Notes under the pieces: model-generated
Seen by the model: only the letters and a program-made list of their open reading frames with translations
Told to the model about the DNA's origin: nothing
Database searches by the model: none
Program-made: the position numbers and the translations under genes
NCBI GenBank assembly: GCA_051859245.1
Contig: JBHYGA010000001.1
Coordinates: 736,001 to 800,000, forward strand
Source: Gemmatimonadaceae bacterium
Lineage (GTDB): Bacteria; Gemmatimonadota; Gemmatimonadetes; Gemmatimonadales; Gemmatimonadaceae
Direction of reading: 5' to 3'
Length of the DNA stretch: 64,000 bases
Shown here: positions 56,128 through 64,000 of the stretch, piece after piece
Layout: each line of letters starts with the position of its first letter
Position numbering within the stretch: position 1 is the first letter of the stretch

Positions 56128-56526
56128 ATGTCTGAAGAACTTCGCCACTGGACACCTGTCCAGCCAGCTAATGCAAAACCACCAGCCGGAGCGTACAGCC
56201 CGGGGGTGTGGGCCGGCAACCTCTACTTTGTGTCCGGGCAAGTGCCGCGAGATCCGAACACCGGAGAACTGGCGGGAGACGACATCGAATCGCAAGTCCG
56301 CCAGACCATGACGAATCTTGCGCGCGTACTCGAAGCGGGCCAGTTGACGCTGCGTGATGTGGTCAGCGTGAGCGTGCACCTGGCCGATGAAGGAGACTGG
56401 CCGGCGTTTGATCGCATCTATCGTGAGTTCATGTCACCGCCATTCCCCACGCGCACGGTTGTTGGTGCACGTCTGCGGGGAATTCTGGTAGAGATTACCG
56501 CCACGGCGTATCGTCCGCGTGACTGA
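56128..56526 (+). CDS. RidA/YjgF family enamine/imine deaminase
   Basis: YSPG, FVSGQ, PTRT (catalytic Arg), LVEI. Confidence 0.9.
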   Translation: MSEELRHWTPVQPANAKPPAGAYSPGVWAGNLYFVSGQVPRDPNTGELAGDDIESQVRQTMTNLARVLEAGQLTLRDVVSVSVHLADEGDWPAFDRIYREFMSPPFPTRTVVGARLRGILVEITATAYRPRD

Positions 56527-56560
56527 GTCGCAACGCGAACACGGGCCGAGGGCGTAGCGA

Positions 56561-57289
56561 ATGTCAGATGCGGAATCAGCGTTGCAGATGCACAAACTCA
56601 CCGTGTCGCGTACGGCCCGGTACGCCACGGCGGGTGCACCGCACGCCGACGCGGCGCGACTGTGGATTGTGTTTCACGGCTACGGTGAAACCGCCGCCGG
56701 ATTTATTGCGCCGTTTGTGAATGCGGCGCCAGATGACACACGCATTGTCGCGCCCGAAGGTCTTTCGCGTTTCTACGCGCAAATGCCTCGCGCTGACGGG
56801 TCACATCTCGCGCAAACTGGCGCCACGTGGCTGACACGCGACGATCGTGAGGATGATTTGCGAGACGCGATGGGCATGCTGCACGCGGTGGTCGCGCGCG
56901 AACACGCGTCGATCGTACACCGCCGAGGCACCGCGCCACGCGTGTGTCTGCTCGGATTCTCGCAGGGTGTGGCGATGAGTATGCGCTTTGCGATCGACGT
57001 CGCGAACAATCCATCCCTCGGTGCGTCGGCCACGCTTGCGGCGCACGTGTTGTGGGCGGGTGGGCTGGCGCATGACGTAACCAATAGCGCGCTGCAGAAC
57101 GCGTGGCGCGACACCACGGTGGCCGCGGTGCTCGGCAGTCGCGACCAGTTTGCAACCGACGCGTCACGCGCCGCGATGCGCCAACGCATGGACGAGATTG
57201 GCGTGCGTGTGCACGAGTATTCGTTCGATGGCGGTCATCGATTACACACACCGCTGCTGCGTGAACTGCTTGCCTCGCTGGCCGTGTAG
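56561..57289 (+). CDS. Alpha/beta hydrolase (phospholipase/carboxylesterase)
   Basis: HGYG, APEGLSRFY, GFSQG nucleophile, D, FDGGH. Confidence 0.85.
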   Translation: MSDAESALQMHKLTVSRTARYATAGAPHADAARLWIVFHGYGETAAGFIAPFVNAAPDDTRIVAPEGLSRFYAQMPRADGSHLAQTGATWLTRDDREDDLRDAMGMLHAVVAREHASIVHRRGTAPRVCLLGFSQGVAMSMRFAIDVANNPSLGASATLAAHVLWAGGLAHDVTNSALQNAWRDTTVAAVLGSRDQFATDASRAAMRQRMDEIGVRVHEYSFDGGHRLHTPLLRELLASLAV

Positions 57290-57314
57290 CGTTGGCTGAT
57301 CGCGCGATGGTGGA

Positions 57315-57707
57315 CTAACGATCACCCTTGAGTCGCCGAATCGCGCGACGATCGTGCTTGGTTGGTTTGCCCTCGCCGTGCGCGAAGAAACTCGGCATGC
57401 TGTCGAGCTGCACCTTGAGTGCCGCCCGGCGCGCGATGCTCTCGGGCGTCTCTTCATACAGGAGCTGCGCTTCCGGTGCCGGTCCGCGCCGCTCGGACAC
57501 TCCGCGCACCACCACGTGCCATTCGTATTGTCCGAGGCGCAACGACACACGATCGCCGGGCGCGAGATGACGTGAGCGTTTCGCCCGGTCGCCATTCACA
57601 TCCACCTTGCCGCCGTCGATCGCTTCGGCTGCGACCGCTCGCGTTTTGAAGAAACGCGCGGCCCACAGCCATTTGTCGAGCCGAACTGTATCAAGCGTGT
57701 CGCTCAT
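57315..57707 (-). CDS. hslR: Ribosome-associated heat shock protein Hsp15
   Basis: VRLDKWLWAARFFKTR, RRGPAPEAQLLYEET, KPTKHDRR. Confidence 0.93.
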   Translation of the reverse strand: MSDTLDTVRLDKWLWAARFFKTRAVAAEAIDGGKVDVNGDRAKRSRHLAPGDRVSLRLGQYEWHVVVRGVSERRGPAPEAQLLYEETPESIARRAALKVQLDSMPSFFAHGEGKPTKHDRRAIRRLKGDR

Positions 57708-57718
57708 TCCAGAACGCG

Positions 57719-58129
57719 TCAGCCGAGTTTCACGTCATCGTCAGCGACGTCGTCTGGCAGATCGTCGTCGTCCACATCATCGTCGGCGTCGGCATCGTCG
57801 CCGCGTGTCCGACGTACAATTTCCGACACACGCGTGGCCGCGCCACCGTACACGCTGCGCACGAACGCATCTTCGGCGCGTTCCGAGAGCGCATGCAGTT
57901 CCGGACCGAGACCGTCGAGCGCGTCAAGCATCTCGTCATCGGTCTCTGTCGACAGATCATTCAACATGGCAAGCACCAGCTCGCACGCTTCGGCCATGCG
58001 CAGTGATGCAGCGGCATCCGGACCGTGCGCCGGCGGCGCCGCACCCGCCAGATGTGCGGCGCGTGCGCGAAGGGTTGTGGCATCGGTGGCAAACCGGTCG
58101 AGCAGATACGTCAGCGGGTCGTCAGACAT
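57719..58129 (-). CDS. Hypothetical helical protein with acidic tail
   Basis: Fills the gap between co-oriented genes; Asp-rich C-terminus. Confidence 0.65.
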   Translation of the reverse strand: MSDDPLTYLLDRFATDATTLRARAAHLAGAAPPAHGPDAAASLRMAEACELVLAMLNDLSTETDDEMLDALDGLGPELHALSERAEDAFVRSVYGGAATRVSEIVRRTRGDDADADDDVDDDDLPDDVADDDVKLG

Positions 58130-58193
58130 ACGCGATAAATGCACCCGCGCAGAGCACTTCGCCAGTGTCCCGGAGAGGGTGGGCGGTGTGCAA

Positions 58194-59417
58194 CTACGCT
58201 TCGTTCACGGCCCGCGCGGCGAGTTCCACGCGCGCCTGCTGCCACCCTTCAAACCAGGCATCGCCAACAATCGACGGCGCGATACCGATCGCTGAACACC
58301 GCGCAAACAAGTCATCCCACCAGCCGTATTCGTGCGCCTCGATCACATCGAGCAGCGCGCCAAGCGGCAGCTCGCGTTCTACAAGAGCGTCGCGCAATGG
58401 AGGAGGCGCTTGCAGCTCGTCGGCCAGCATCACGCTGGGCATACCGGTCGCGCCATCGGCCACGGAGAGCAACCCCGCCACAACGCGAAGCCGCGGGTGC
58501 CCCACGCGATCCAGTGCTCCCCCCAACCGTTCGAGCGATCGAGAGCGACGAATCGCGATTGCCGGCAGCTCCGGATCACCGCCGCAGTCGCCAAGCAGGA
58601 ACGAGGTGGCCACAACCAATCGCGCGAGCATCGCTTCGCGACCGAGCAATGTGAACGCGTGCGTGAGCGTGCGCGGTCGCGTGGTGCCCACCGCGGCGGA
58701 CGACGTGGCGCGCAGTACTGATTGCGCAACCACGGGATCGCTCGCGACAAACTGATCGAAGCTCGCGTCGGGTGGTCGACCGTCCGACAGCGCAGTGAGC
58801 AGCTTGAGTGCACGCAGCACGCGAGGGCGTGCATCGTTGGATGCAGAACGGCCGCGCGGCAGCGGGCGACCGGTGAACGCAAACACGCCGCTGGCACGCA
58901 GACGCTCGCGCGTGGCGCGATCATCAACTTGTCGTGCGATGGGGCGCGCACCCGCATCGAGCAGACGCTGTACGGTGCTGGCGAGTTGCAGTCCGCTCAG
59001 CGCGCCGGCGTCAAAGGCCACGGGCGACCCGCGCAACGGCTCCGGTAACTCCGCCTGCAGTTCCGCGCCAACAAATCCAAACTTGAATCCGGTTGAGACG
59101 TAACGTTCCATGGCGCGCACCGTCTCTGCATCTTCCAACGCATCGCTCGCCACAAAGAACACAATGTCGGCGGACGCGAACCCCGTGATGGCACCACCGC
59201 GCAGCACCGCTGGGGATACGGGCACGTACAGCGGTCGACCACGAACAGCGCGCAACAGTTCGCGCCGCTGCAACATGGTGAGCGTGGCGCGCACTTCGTC
59301 GTCGATACTGGCGAACGGATGCCCTGCGAGCGGATGCGTGCGCAACTCATACGCAATCGTTCGCTCGCGCGCATCGCGTACAGGAAGCAGCGTGGACAGC
59401 AGCGGGATGGCACTCAT
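58194..59417 (-). CDS. Degenerate EAL + HDOD (YuxH-like) signalling protein
   Basis: AYEL near the N-terminus; HDOD features 'ASDPVVAQSVLR', 'LLGRE', 'AGLLS', 'DAL...LG.LL...EAHEYGWW'; no DDF motif. Confidence 0.7.
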   Translation of the reverse strand: MSAIPLLSTLLPVRDARERTIAYELRTHPLAGHPFASIDDEVRATLTMLQRRELLRAVRGRPLYVPVSPAVLRGGAITGFASADIVFFVASDALEDAETVRAMERYVSTGFKFGFVGAELQAELPEPLRGSPVAFDAGALSGLQLASTVQRLLDAGARPIARQVDDRATRERLRASGVFAFTGRPLPRGRSASNDARPRVLRALKLLTALSDGRPPDASFDQFVASDPVVAQSVLRATSSAAVGTTRPRTLTHAFTLLGREAMLARLVVATSFLLGDCGGDPELPAIAIRRSRSLERLGGALDRVGHPRLRVVAGLLSVADGATGMPSVMLADELQAPPPLRDALVERELPLGALLDVIEAHEYGWWDDLFARCSAIGIAPSIVGDAWFEGWQQARVELAARAVNEA

Positions 59418-60829
59418 GCCGTGGTACTGTGCAGGCGACGATCGCGCGCAAGGTTCGCGTTGACATACTCGGCATCACCGGTCACATCCCGCACAACGAA
59501 CGGCGCCAGCCACTCAGGGAACGTCACCAGCGTGTCGGCCGACGGCAGCTCAACCTCGGCGAGCACCAGCTCGCGATCGAGGAACACGTCCACTTCCCAA
59601 TGAAAGGCACCATCAACCACGGTATAGCGCACCTTCTCCACGCGCGCTGCGGCGGTGAGTGGCCACAGGCTTTCGAACAACAGCGGCTCGGTGGCTTCTT
59701 CCACCTCAATGCGTGCGACGCCTGTGCCTACCTTGACGGTACGCGTCCAGTCCACCCGTCCGTCGGCGCGCACGCTGCGACGCAAGCGCTCGCGGAGTTT
59801 TTCGCCGGGCAACCAGCCTTGCGCAATGCGAACGCCCGCATGTTTGGTGGCGTGCGGTGGTGCCTGACTTAGCAGAAATTTGCGTTCGATTTCGTGGTCG
59901 GCACGCGCAACGGTTGCGAGCGCCTGCGCGGTGGCCGGTACACGCTGCATCGCCGACGCGTGCACGTTTTCCAGCCACGAGCCTGAGGTTGCCTCACTCA
60001 GACGCTCACTCTCGTCATGGCAATAATCTGCCAACGCCGACAACGCCGCTGCCGCCGTTGCGTCGCGACGAGCAAGGAGACGCACGCGCAGCGCGAGCAA
60101 ATGTGCGTCCCGCGACGCACCCAGCGCATCCTGGGCAGACGACAAGACATCATACAAACCACGGATCGCGGGAAGTTCGTCGAGCCATGGAGCAAGCAGC
60201 GCGCGCAGTCGCTTGATGGCGATCCGCGCCGCGTGCAGACGCTCGCTGTCCGGCTGTTCGACGGCCAGCGTGACGGTGTATTCAAAACGATGGAGCGCGT
60301 GGTGCAACTGCTGCACCACTACCGCCGCAAACGGTTCGTGTCGTGCGGCCTCACCAACAATACGGCGCTCGGAATAGTGCATCAACCGATGTTGCCACGA
60401 CTCAACCGTCGAATCAAAATGGCGTGTCAACAACGGATCGATTCGCAGCGCATGCTTGGCACGTTTGCGTTCGAGCTGCACCATCAGATCATGGGCCCCG
60501 TCCTGCGCGAGCGTGGGCATGGCGCCAATGTGTTGATCAATCCAGGCACGTTGTACATCAAGGTCACGTACCTGGCCGAGTGCGCGATTGATCCGGCGCA
60601 GCGCGCGTTGCCCGCTTTTGCTGAAGGCCCGGTCCAGTACTTCGTGGTACGCGCGTAACGTTGCACGCAGGCGCGTTATTGCAACGCGTGCAGCGTGGAC
60701 CGCCTCGACATCATTCGAGTCGAGTCGGAGCAGTTCGCGTGCCTCACGGATGCGCGCGAGGAATCGCAGCGCGAGCGCACGCGCGGCGTCCGGAGCGGGT
60801 TCAGCAAGCAGTGGAGCAGGGTCGATCAT
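59414..60829 (-). CDS. CHAD-CYTH domain protein
   Basis: Two CHAD half-repeats (EAVHAARVA..RLR, LGQVRDLDV; LHAARIAIKRLR, QDALG..RD); C-terminal CYTH domain (EIERKFL, WEVD.F, LAEVEL). Confidence 0.88.
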   Translation of the reverse strand: MIDPAPLLAEPAPDAARALALRFLARIREARELLRLDSNDVEAVHAARVAITRLRATLRAYHEVLDRAFSKSGQRALRRINRALGQVRDLDVQRAWIDQHIGAMPTLAQDGAHDLMVQLERKRAKHALRIDPLLTRHFDSTVESWQHRLMHYSERRIVGEAARHEPFAAVVVQQLHHALHRFEYTVTLAVEQPDSERLHAARIAIKRLRALLAPWLDELPAIRGLYDVLSSAQDALGASRDAHLLALRVRLLARRDATAAAALSALADYCHDESERLSEATSGSWLENVHASAMQRVPATAQALATVARADHEIERKFLLSQAPPHATKHAGVRIAQGWLPGEKLRERLRRSVRADGRVDWTRTVKVGTGVARIEVEEATEPLLFESLWPLTAAARVEKVRYTVVDGAFHWEVDVFLDRELVLAEVELPSADTLVTFPEWLAPFVVRDVTGDAEYVNANLARDRRLHSTTA

Positions 60830-60906
60830 GGCCAGGCAGGAGTGGTGCGGCGGGAGAAGCGAGGCAGGTGTGGCGCGGCAGGCGTAGCGCGGCAGGAACG
60901 GTGCGG

Positions 60907-61134
60907 CTAGTCGCCGTCAGCCGCCGAGACGGTCACCTGCGCTGAACCATCCGGCAAGTAGTGGACGACGACCAACCATGGTTGGCAGCAGACCTGGCAA
61001 TCTTCGATGTACTCCTGAACGGCTCCAGACCCGGGGTCCAGCGCGATCTCATTGGGCTCGCCGCAGTAGGCGCAGTACACAAGGCTCGTGTCATCGGCCA
61101 CGCCATCGCCCAGGGGGAAGTCTTCATCATGCAT
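60907..61134 (-). CDS. CPXCG-motif cysteine-rich protein
   Basis: CAYCGE...QEYIEDCQVCCQP. Confidence 0.85.
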   Translation of the reverse strand: MHDEDFPLGDGVADDTSLVYCAYCGEPNEIALDPGSGAVQEYIEDCQVCCQPWLVVVHYLPDGSAQVTVSAADGD

Positions 61135-61347
61135 ACGCGCAAGTTACCGAGCCTCGGCGCCCGCGGCAGCTCGGTGTCCTCAAATGGCGACGTGCGATCG
61201 TCCCGCACGCGAGACGCTGCGGGTGACCGGCATCACCGAAACATGTTGCAGGACAAGTAGTTAGCTGCGCCGGTGGTCAGTGGCGCGCGGTCTGCAATAG
61301 AGACCGGCGTACACCACTGTCCCCCGAATCAGTTTCAGGAGAGTTGC

Positions 61348-61956
61348 ATGCCTTCCCTCACAGTTCGTGCCGTCGCGCTGGTCGCGGCCGTCCTCACGCT
61401 CGCCGCCTGCGGCAGTACGCGTGTGGCTCGAATTGATCCCGAGTCCGTCACCGACCTGTCGGGTCGGTGGAATGACGCGGATTCGCGCCTCGTCGCGAAC
61501 GCGCTGATCACGCAATCGATTGACGCCACCTGGTCCACCCAGTTCAGTGCGGCCAACGGCGGCAAAACGCCCACCGTGATTGTGGGCGCGTTCCGCAATC
61601 GCACGCTCGAGCACATTCCGGTGCAAACCTTCACTCGCGATCTCGAGCGCGCCTACATCACCACCGGCGCGGTTCGCGTGGTGGCCAGCGTAGATGAGCG
61701 CGGTGAGGTGCGTGCGGAACGCGCCGACCAGCAAGTGAATGCGGTGGCCGAGTCCCGCGCAAAGCTTGCCATGGAGCAGGGCGCCCAGTTCATGCTGCAG
61801 GGTGATGTGCAGGCCATTGAAGACGCGCAAGGTCGCGAACGCGTAGTCACCTATCAGATCGACGCCACGCTTTTGAATCTCGAAACCAACGCGAAGGTCT
61901 GGGTTGGTCAGCACAAGATCAAGAAGTACGTCGATCGCCGCCGTATCGGCTGGTAG
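61348..61956 (+). CDS. LpoB-like lipoprotein
   Basis: RBS AGGAG; lipobox LAAC; DLSGRWND.D, NRTLEHI, YQID..L...ETN.KVW....IKK. Confidence 0.8.
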   Translation: MPSLTVRAVALVAAVLTLAACGSTRVARIDPESVTDLSGRWNDADSRLVANALITQSIDATWSTQFSAANGGKTPTVIVGAFRNRTLEHIPVQTFTRDLERAYITTGAVRVVASVDERGEVRAERADQQVNAVAESRAKLAMEQGAQFMLQGDVQAIEDAQGRERVVTYQIDATLLNLETNAKVWVGQHKIKKYVDRRRIGW

Positions 61957-61965
61957 GAGAACCCC

Positions 61966-62805
61966 ATGCCTCTCATTCCAATGATTCAGACACATCGTCT
62001 GTTCGCGTGCGCCGCGCTCGTGGCGGCTGCCATTCTGGTTGGCTGCAACGGCCCGCGTGTGGTGCAGGAAGTTCCGATTCTGGTGACGGGCGATCGCGTG
62101 CAGATGGCTGATGAAGCCATCGCGAACGCGCAAGCTCGCGAAATCAGTGCGCGTGCCGAGCGCCAGGCACAACACGATTCCGTGACGGCGGCGGCTGTTG
62201 CCAACTGTGCGCCGTCTATTTGTGATGCCATCGGGCGCGGTGAAGTCGCGCTCGGCATGACAAGCGCGCAGGTGATGGCGGCTTCGCGCTCCGCACCAGA
62301 TGCGTGGAGCGTTCGGCGTACGGCCAGCAGTGCGGTGATGACCCCGGCGTCGCTCGATGCCGTACCCACCGATGCGCAGGGCGAACTGGCGATTGTGCAG
62401 TTCGAAGGCGACCACGTGTCGAGTGTGGCCCGTCGTGACCGCACAGGGCTGCGCGTGGAGAGTCGCCCTGCGGATACAACACGTGCGGCGCGCTCGCAGG
62501 CGTTGGCCGACGCGATCGTGCGAGAGGGCGATGATTTTGTCGCCGCCGGTGATCGGACGCGTGCGCTCGAGCGCTACGATCGTGCGCTCGTGCTCTCACC
62601 CGATGACGCGCTGCTCAACTACAAAGTCGCACAGTTGCTCGATCAGCAGTTGCGGCCGGTGGAAGCGTTGATGCGCTACCAGAAGTTCCTGCTGTCCCTT
62701 GAACTGCAGCGCATTGATGCCGTGGGCACGCAGAACGCAAAGCTGGCCGAAGCGATTGCTCTCGCGCAGCAGCGCATTGTGGTGCTCGATCGCCGCAGTC
62801 GTTGA
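61966..62805 (+). CDS. TPR-containing lipoprotein
   Basis: RBS AGGAG; lipobox LVGC; TPR-like segment 'ALERYDRALVLSPDD'. Confidence 0.7.
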   Translation: MPLIPMIQTHRLFACAALVAAAILVGCNGPRVVQEVPILVTGDRVQMADEAIANAQAREISARAERQAQHDSVTAAAVANCAPSICDAIGRGEVALGMTSAQVMAASRSAPDAWSVRRTASSAVMTPASLDAVPTDAQGELAIVQFEGDHVSSVARRDRTGLRVESRPADTTRAARSQALADAIVREGDDFVAAGDRTRALERYDRALVLSPDDALLNYKVAQLLDQQLRPVEALMRYQKFLLSLELQRIDAVGTQNAKLAEAIALAQQRIVVLDRRSR

Positions 62806-62836
62806 TCTGGACACTCCCGTACTCCACGAGCCCGTC

Positions 62837-64000
62837 ATGCGTCGATCCATTGCCATCGTCCTGCTGTCACTCACCGCGTTCGCGTTGAGTGGCTGCAGCG
62901 CGTGGTCACGCGGGCCGTCGCACGTCTCGAGTGTGGCACCAAGCGGCTTGCCGTGGGGCGAGGAGTTGATCCGACGCGCGCTGGTCATGGGCACGTTTGA
63001 TCAGGCGTATGATCGCACACTCAAAGGGCGTGATGGTGCGCCAAAAGACGCGCTGCTTCGCGCACTCTTTCGAGGGCAGGCGGCGTATTACGCGGGTCGC
63101 TTCGAAGACGCCGCGTCGGCGTTTGCCGAAGCGGAGCAGCTGACGGAGCAGCGTTACACGAAGAGTGCGTCGCGGGGCGTGCTTTCCGTGCTTACCAATG
63201 ATCACGCGCTGCACTACGTGCCGCCGCGCACCGAACGCCTGTTCATGCGCTACTACGCAATGATGGCGCGCGTCCAGTCTGGAGATGTTGATGCGGCCGC
63301 CGTAGACGCGCGTCGCCTGTCAGCGTTGCTTGAACAGTGGGCGGGCGATGTGGATCCGGCAGAGCGCGCCACGCACGCCGCTCTGCGCGACGTCGCTGGC
63401 GCCGTGTTCGAAGCGGCAGGTGAATGGAATGACGCGAGTGTCGCGTATCGCAACAGTGCGTTGCTGCGCGGTGCGTCACGCGCCGCCGTGGATTCCATTG
63501 AGGTCACACGGCCGCTCGGCGACAGCGCCACGGTGCTGCTCGTGATGGAAAGTGGATTCGTGGCGCACTACGTGTCGCAGGAGATTGCCATTCCGATGGA
63601 AACGGAGCGCAGCGCGCGTCGTACACGCGGGTCGTTTGCCGATGACATTGAGACGATCGGGATCGCGTCCGCGCGCAATCCGTTCGTCGACACTACCGTG
63701 TCCGCGCCGTCAACGAACATTGCACGTCCGTCGCGATCCGGGGGGCTGCAACGACTGCCTAATAACTATCCGGCACGCATGTCCATGCCGCGTCCTGATC
63801 GTGTTGCGGTCGCGCTGCCAACGGATTCCACAGATCCCGATTCTGTCGCTACACCGTCACGTACGTCCACCTGGCTCGCCGCGTTTGATGCGCTGCCAGA
63901 CGGTGGTGTGTTTGCCGACGCCGCGCCGGACGGAAACGCGAGTGTTGAAGCATCAACTGACATGCCGTTCACCGTGGCGAGCGACTGGACGCCACGTCGC
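62837..64000 (+). CDS. COG3014-like TPR lipoprotein, 3'-truncated (absent from the ORF track)
   Basis: My translation: MRRSIAIVLLSLTAFALSGC (lipobox)...YTKSASRGVLSVLTNDHALHYVPPRTERLF...AAVDARR; appears open to the window edge. Confidence 0.7.
   Translation, partial: MRRSIAIVLLSLTAFALSGCSAWSRGPSHVSSVAPSGLPWGEELIRRALVMGTFDQAYDRTLKGRDGAPKDALLRALFRGQAAYYAGRFEDAASAFAEAEQLTEQRYTKSASRGVLSVLTNDHALHYVPPRTERLFMRYYAMMARVQSGDVDAAAVDARRLSALLEQWAGDVDPAERATHAALRDVAGAVFEAAGEWNDASVAYRNSALLRGASRAAVDSIEVTRPLGDSATVLLVMESGFVAHYVSQEIAIPMETERSARRTRGSFADDIETIGIASARNPFVDTTVSAPSTNIARPSRSGGLQRLPNNYPARMSMPRPDRVAVALPTDSTDPDSVATPSRTSTWLAAFDALPDGGVFADAAPDGNASVEASTDMPFTVASDWTPRR

Overview
High-GC bacterial chromosomal window, densely coding. 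Gene content and style (tandem secreted beta-propellers, Big_2/RCC1 lipoprotein, PEP-CTERM protein, clade II nosZ, CckA-like kinases) suggest Gemmatimonadota; this assignment is an inference. Main loci, left to right: a RES-Xre toxin-antitoxin pair; a TonB gene preceded by a long 11-bp-period direct-repeat array resembling PHO boxes; an 8-gene SPFH/SpeD/DUF4178x2/small peptide/DUF350/membrane SpeE/Tat flavin-oxidase operon of unknown purpose; argJ; a clade II nos cluster (nosZ-B-L-D-F-Y-cupredoxin) preceded by an uncharacterised His-bearing membrane protein and a DUF2249-ScdA_N fusion, divergent from an NsrR-like regulator; two DUF481 barrels; three sensor kinases; a TauE/CstB-like/ArsR persulfide module; GlpF; a TonB-dependent receptor; sppA; an acyl-CoA dehydrogenase; a GGDEF protein; a sigma54-preceded PEP-CTERM gene; a P1B-5 ATPase; dinB; a DSD1-like/RidA pair; hslR; CHAD-CYTH coupled to a degenerate EAL-HDOD; and an LpoB-like/TPR/COG3014-like lipoprotein cluster cut by the right edge. 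I saw no rRNA, tRNA, CRISPR array or transposase. All family calls come from motif recognition by eye; no database searches were run.
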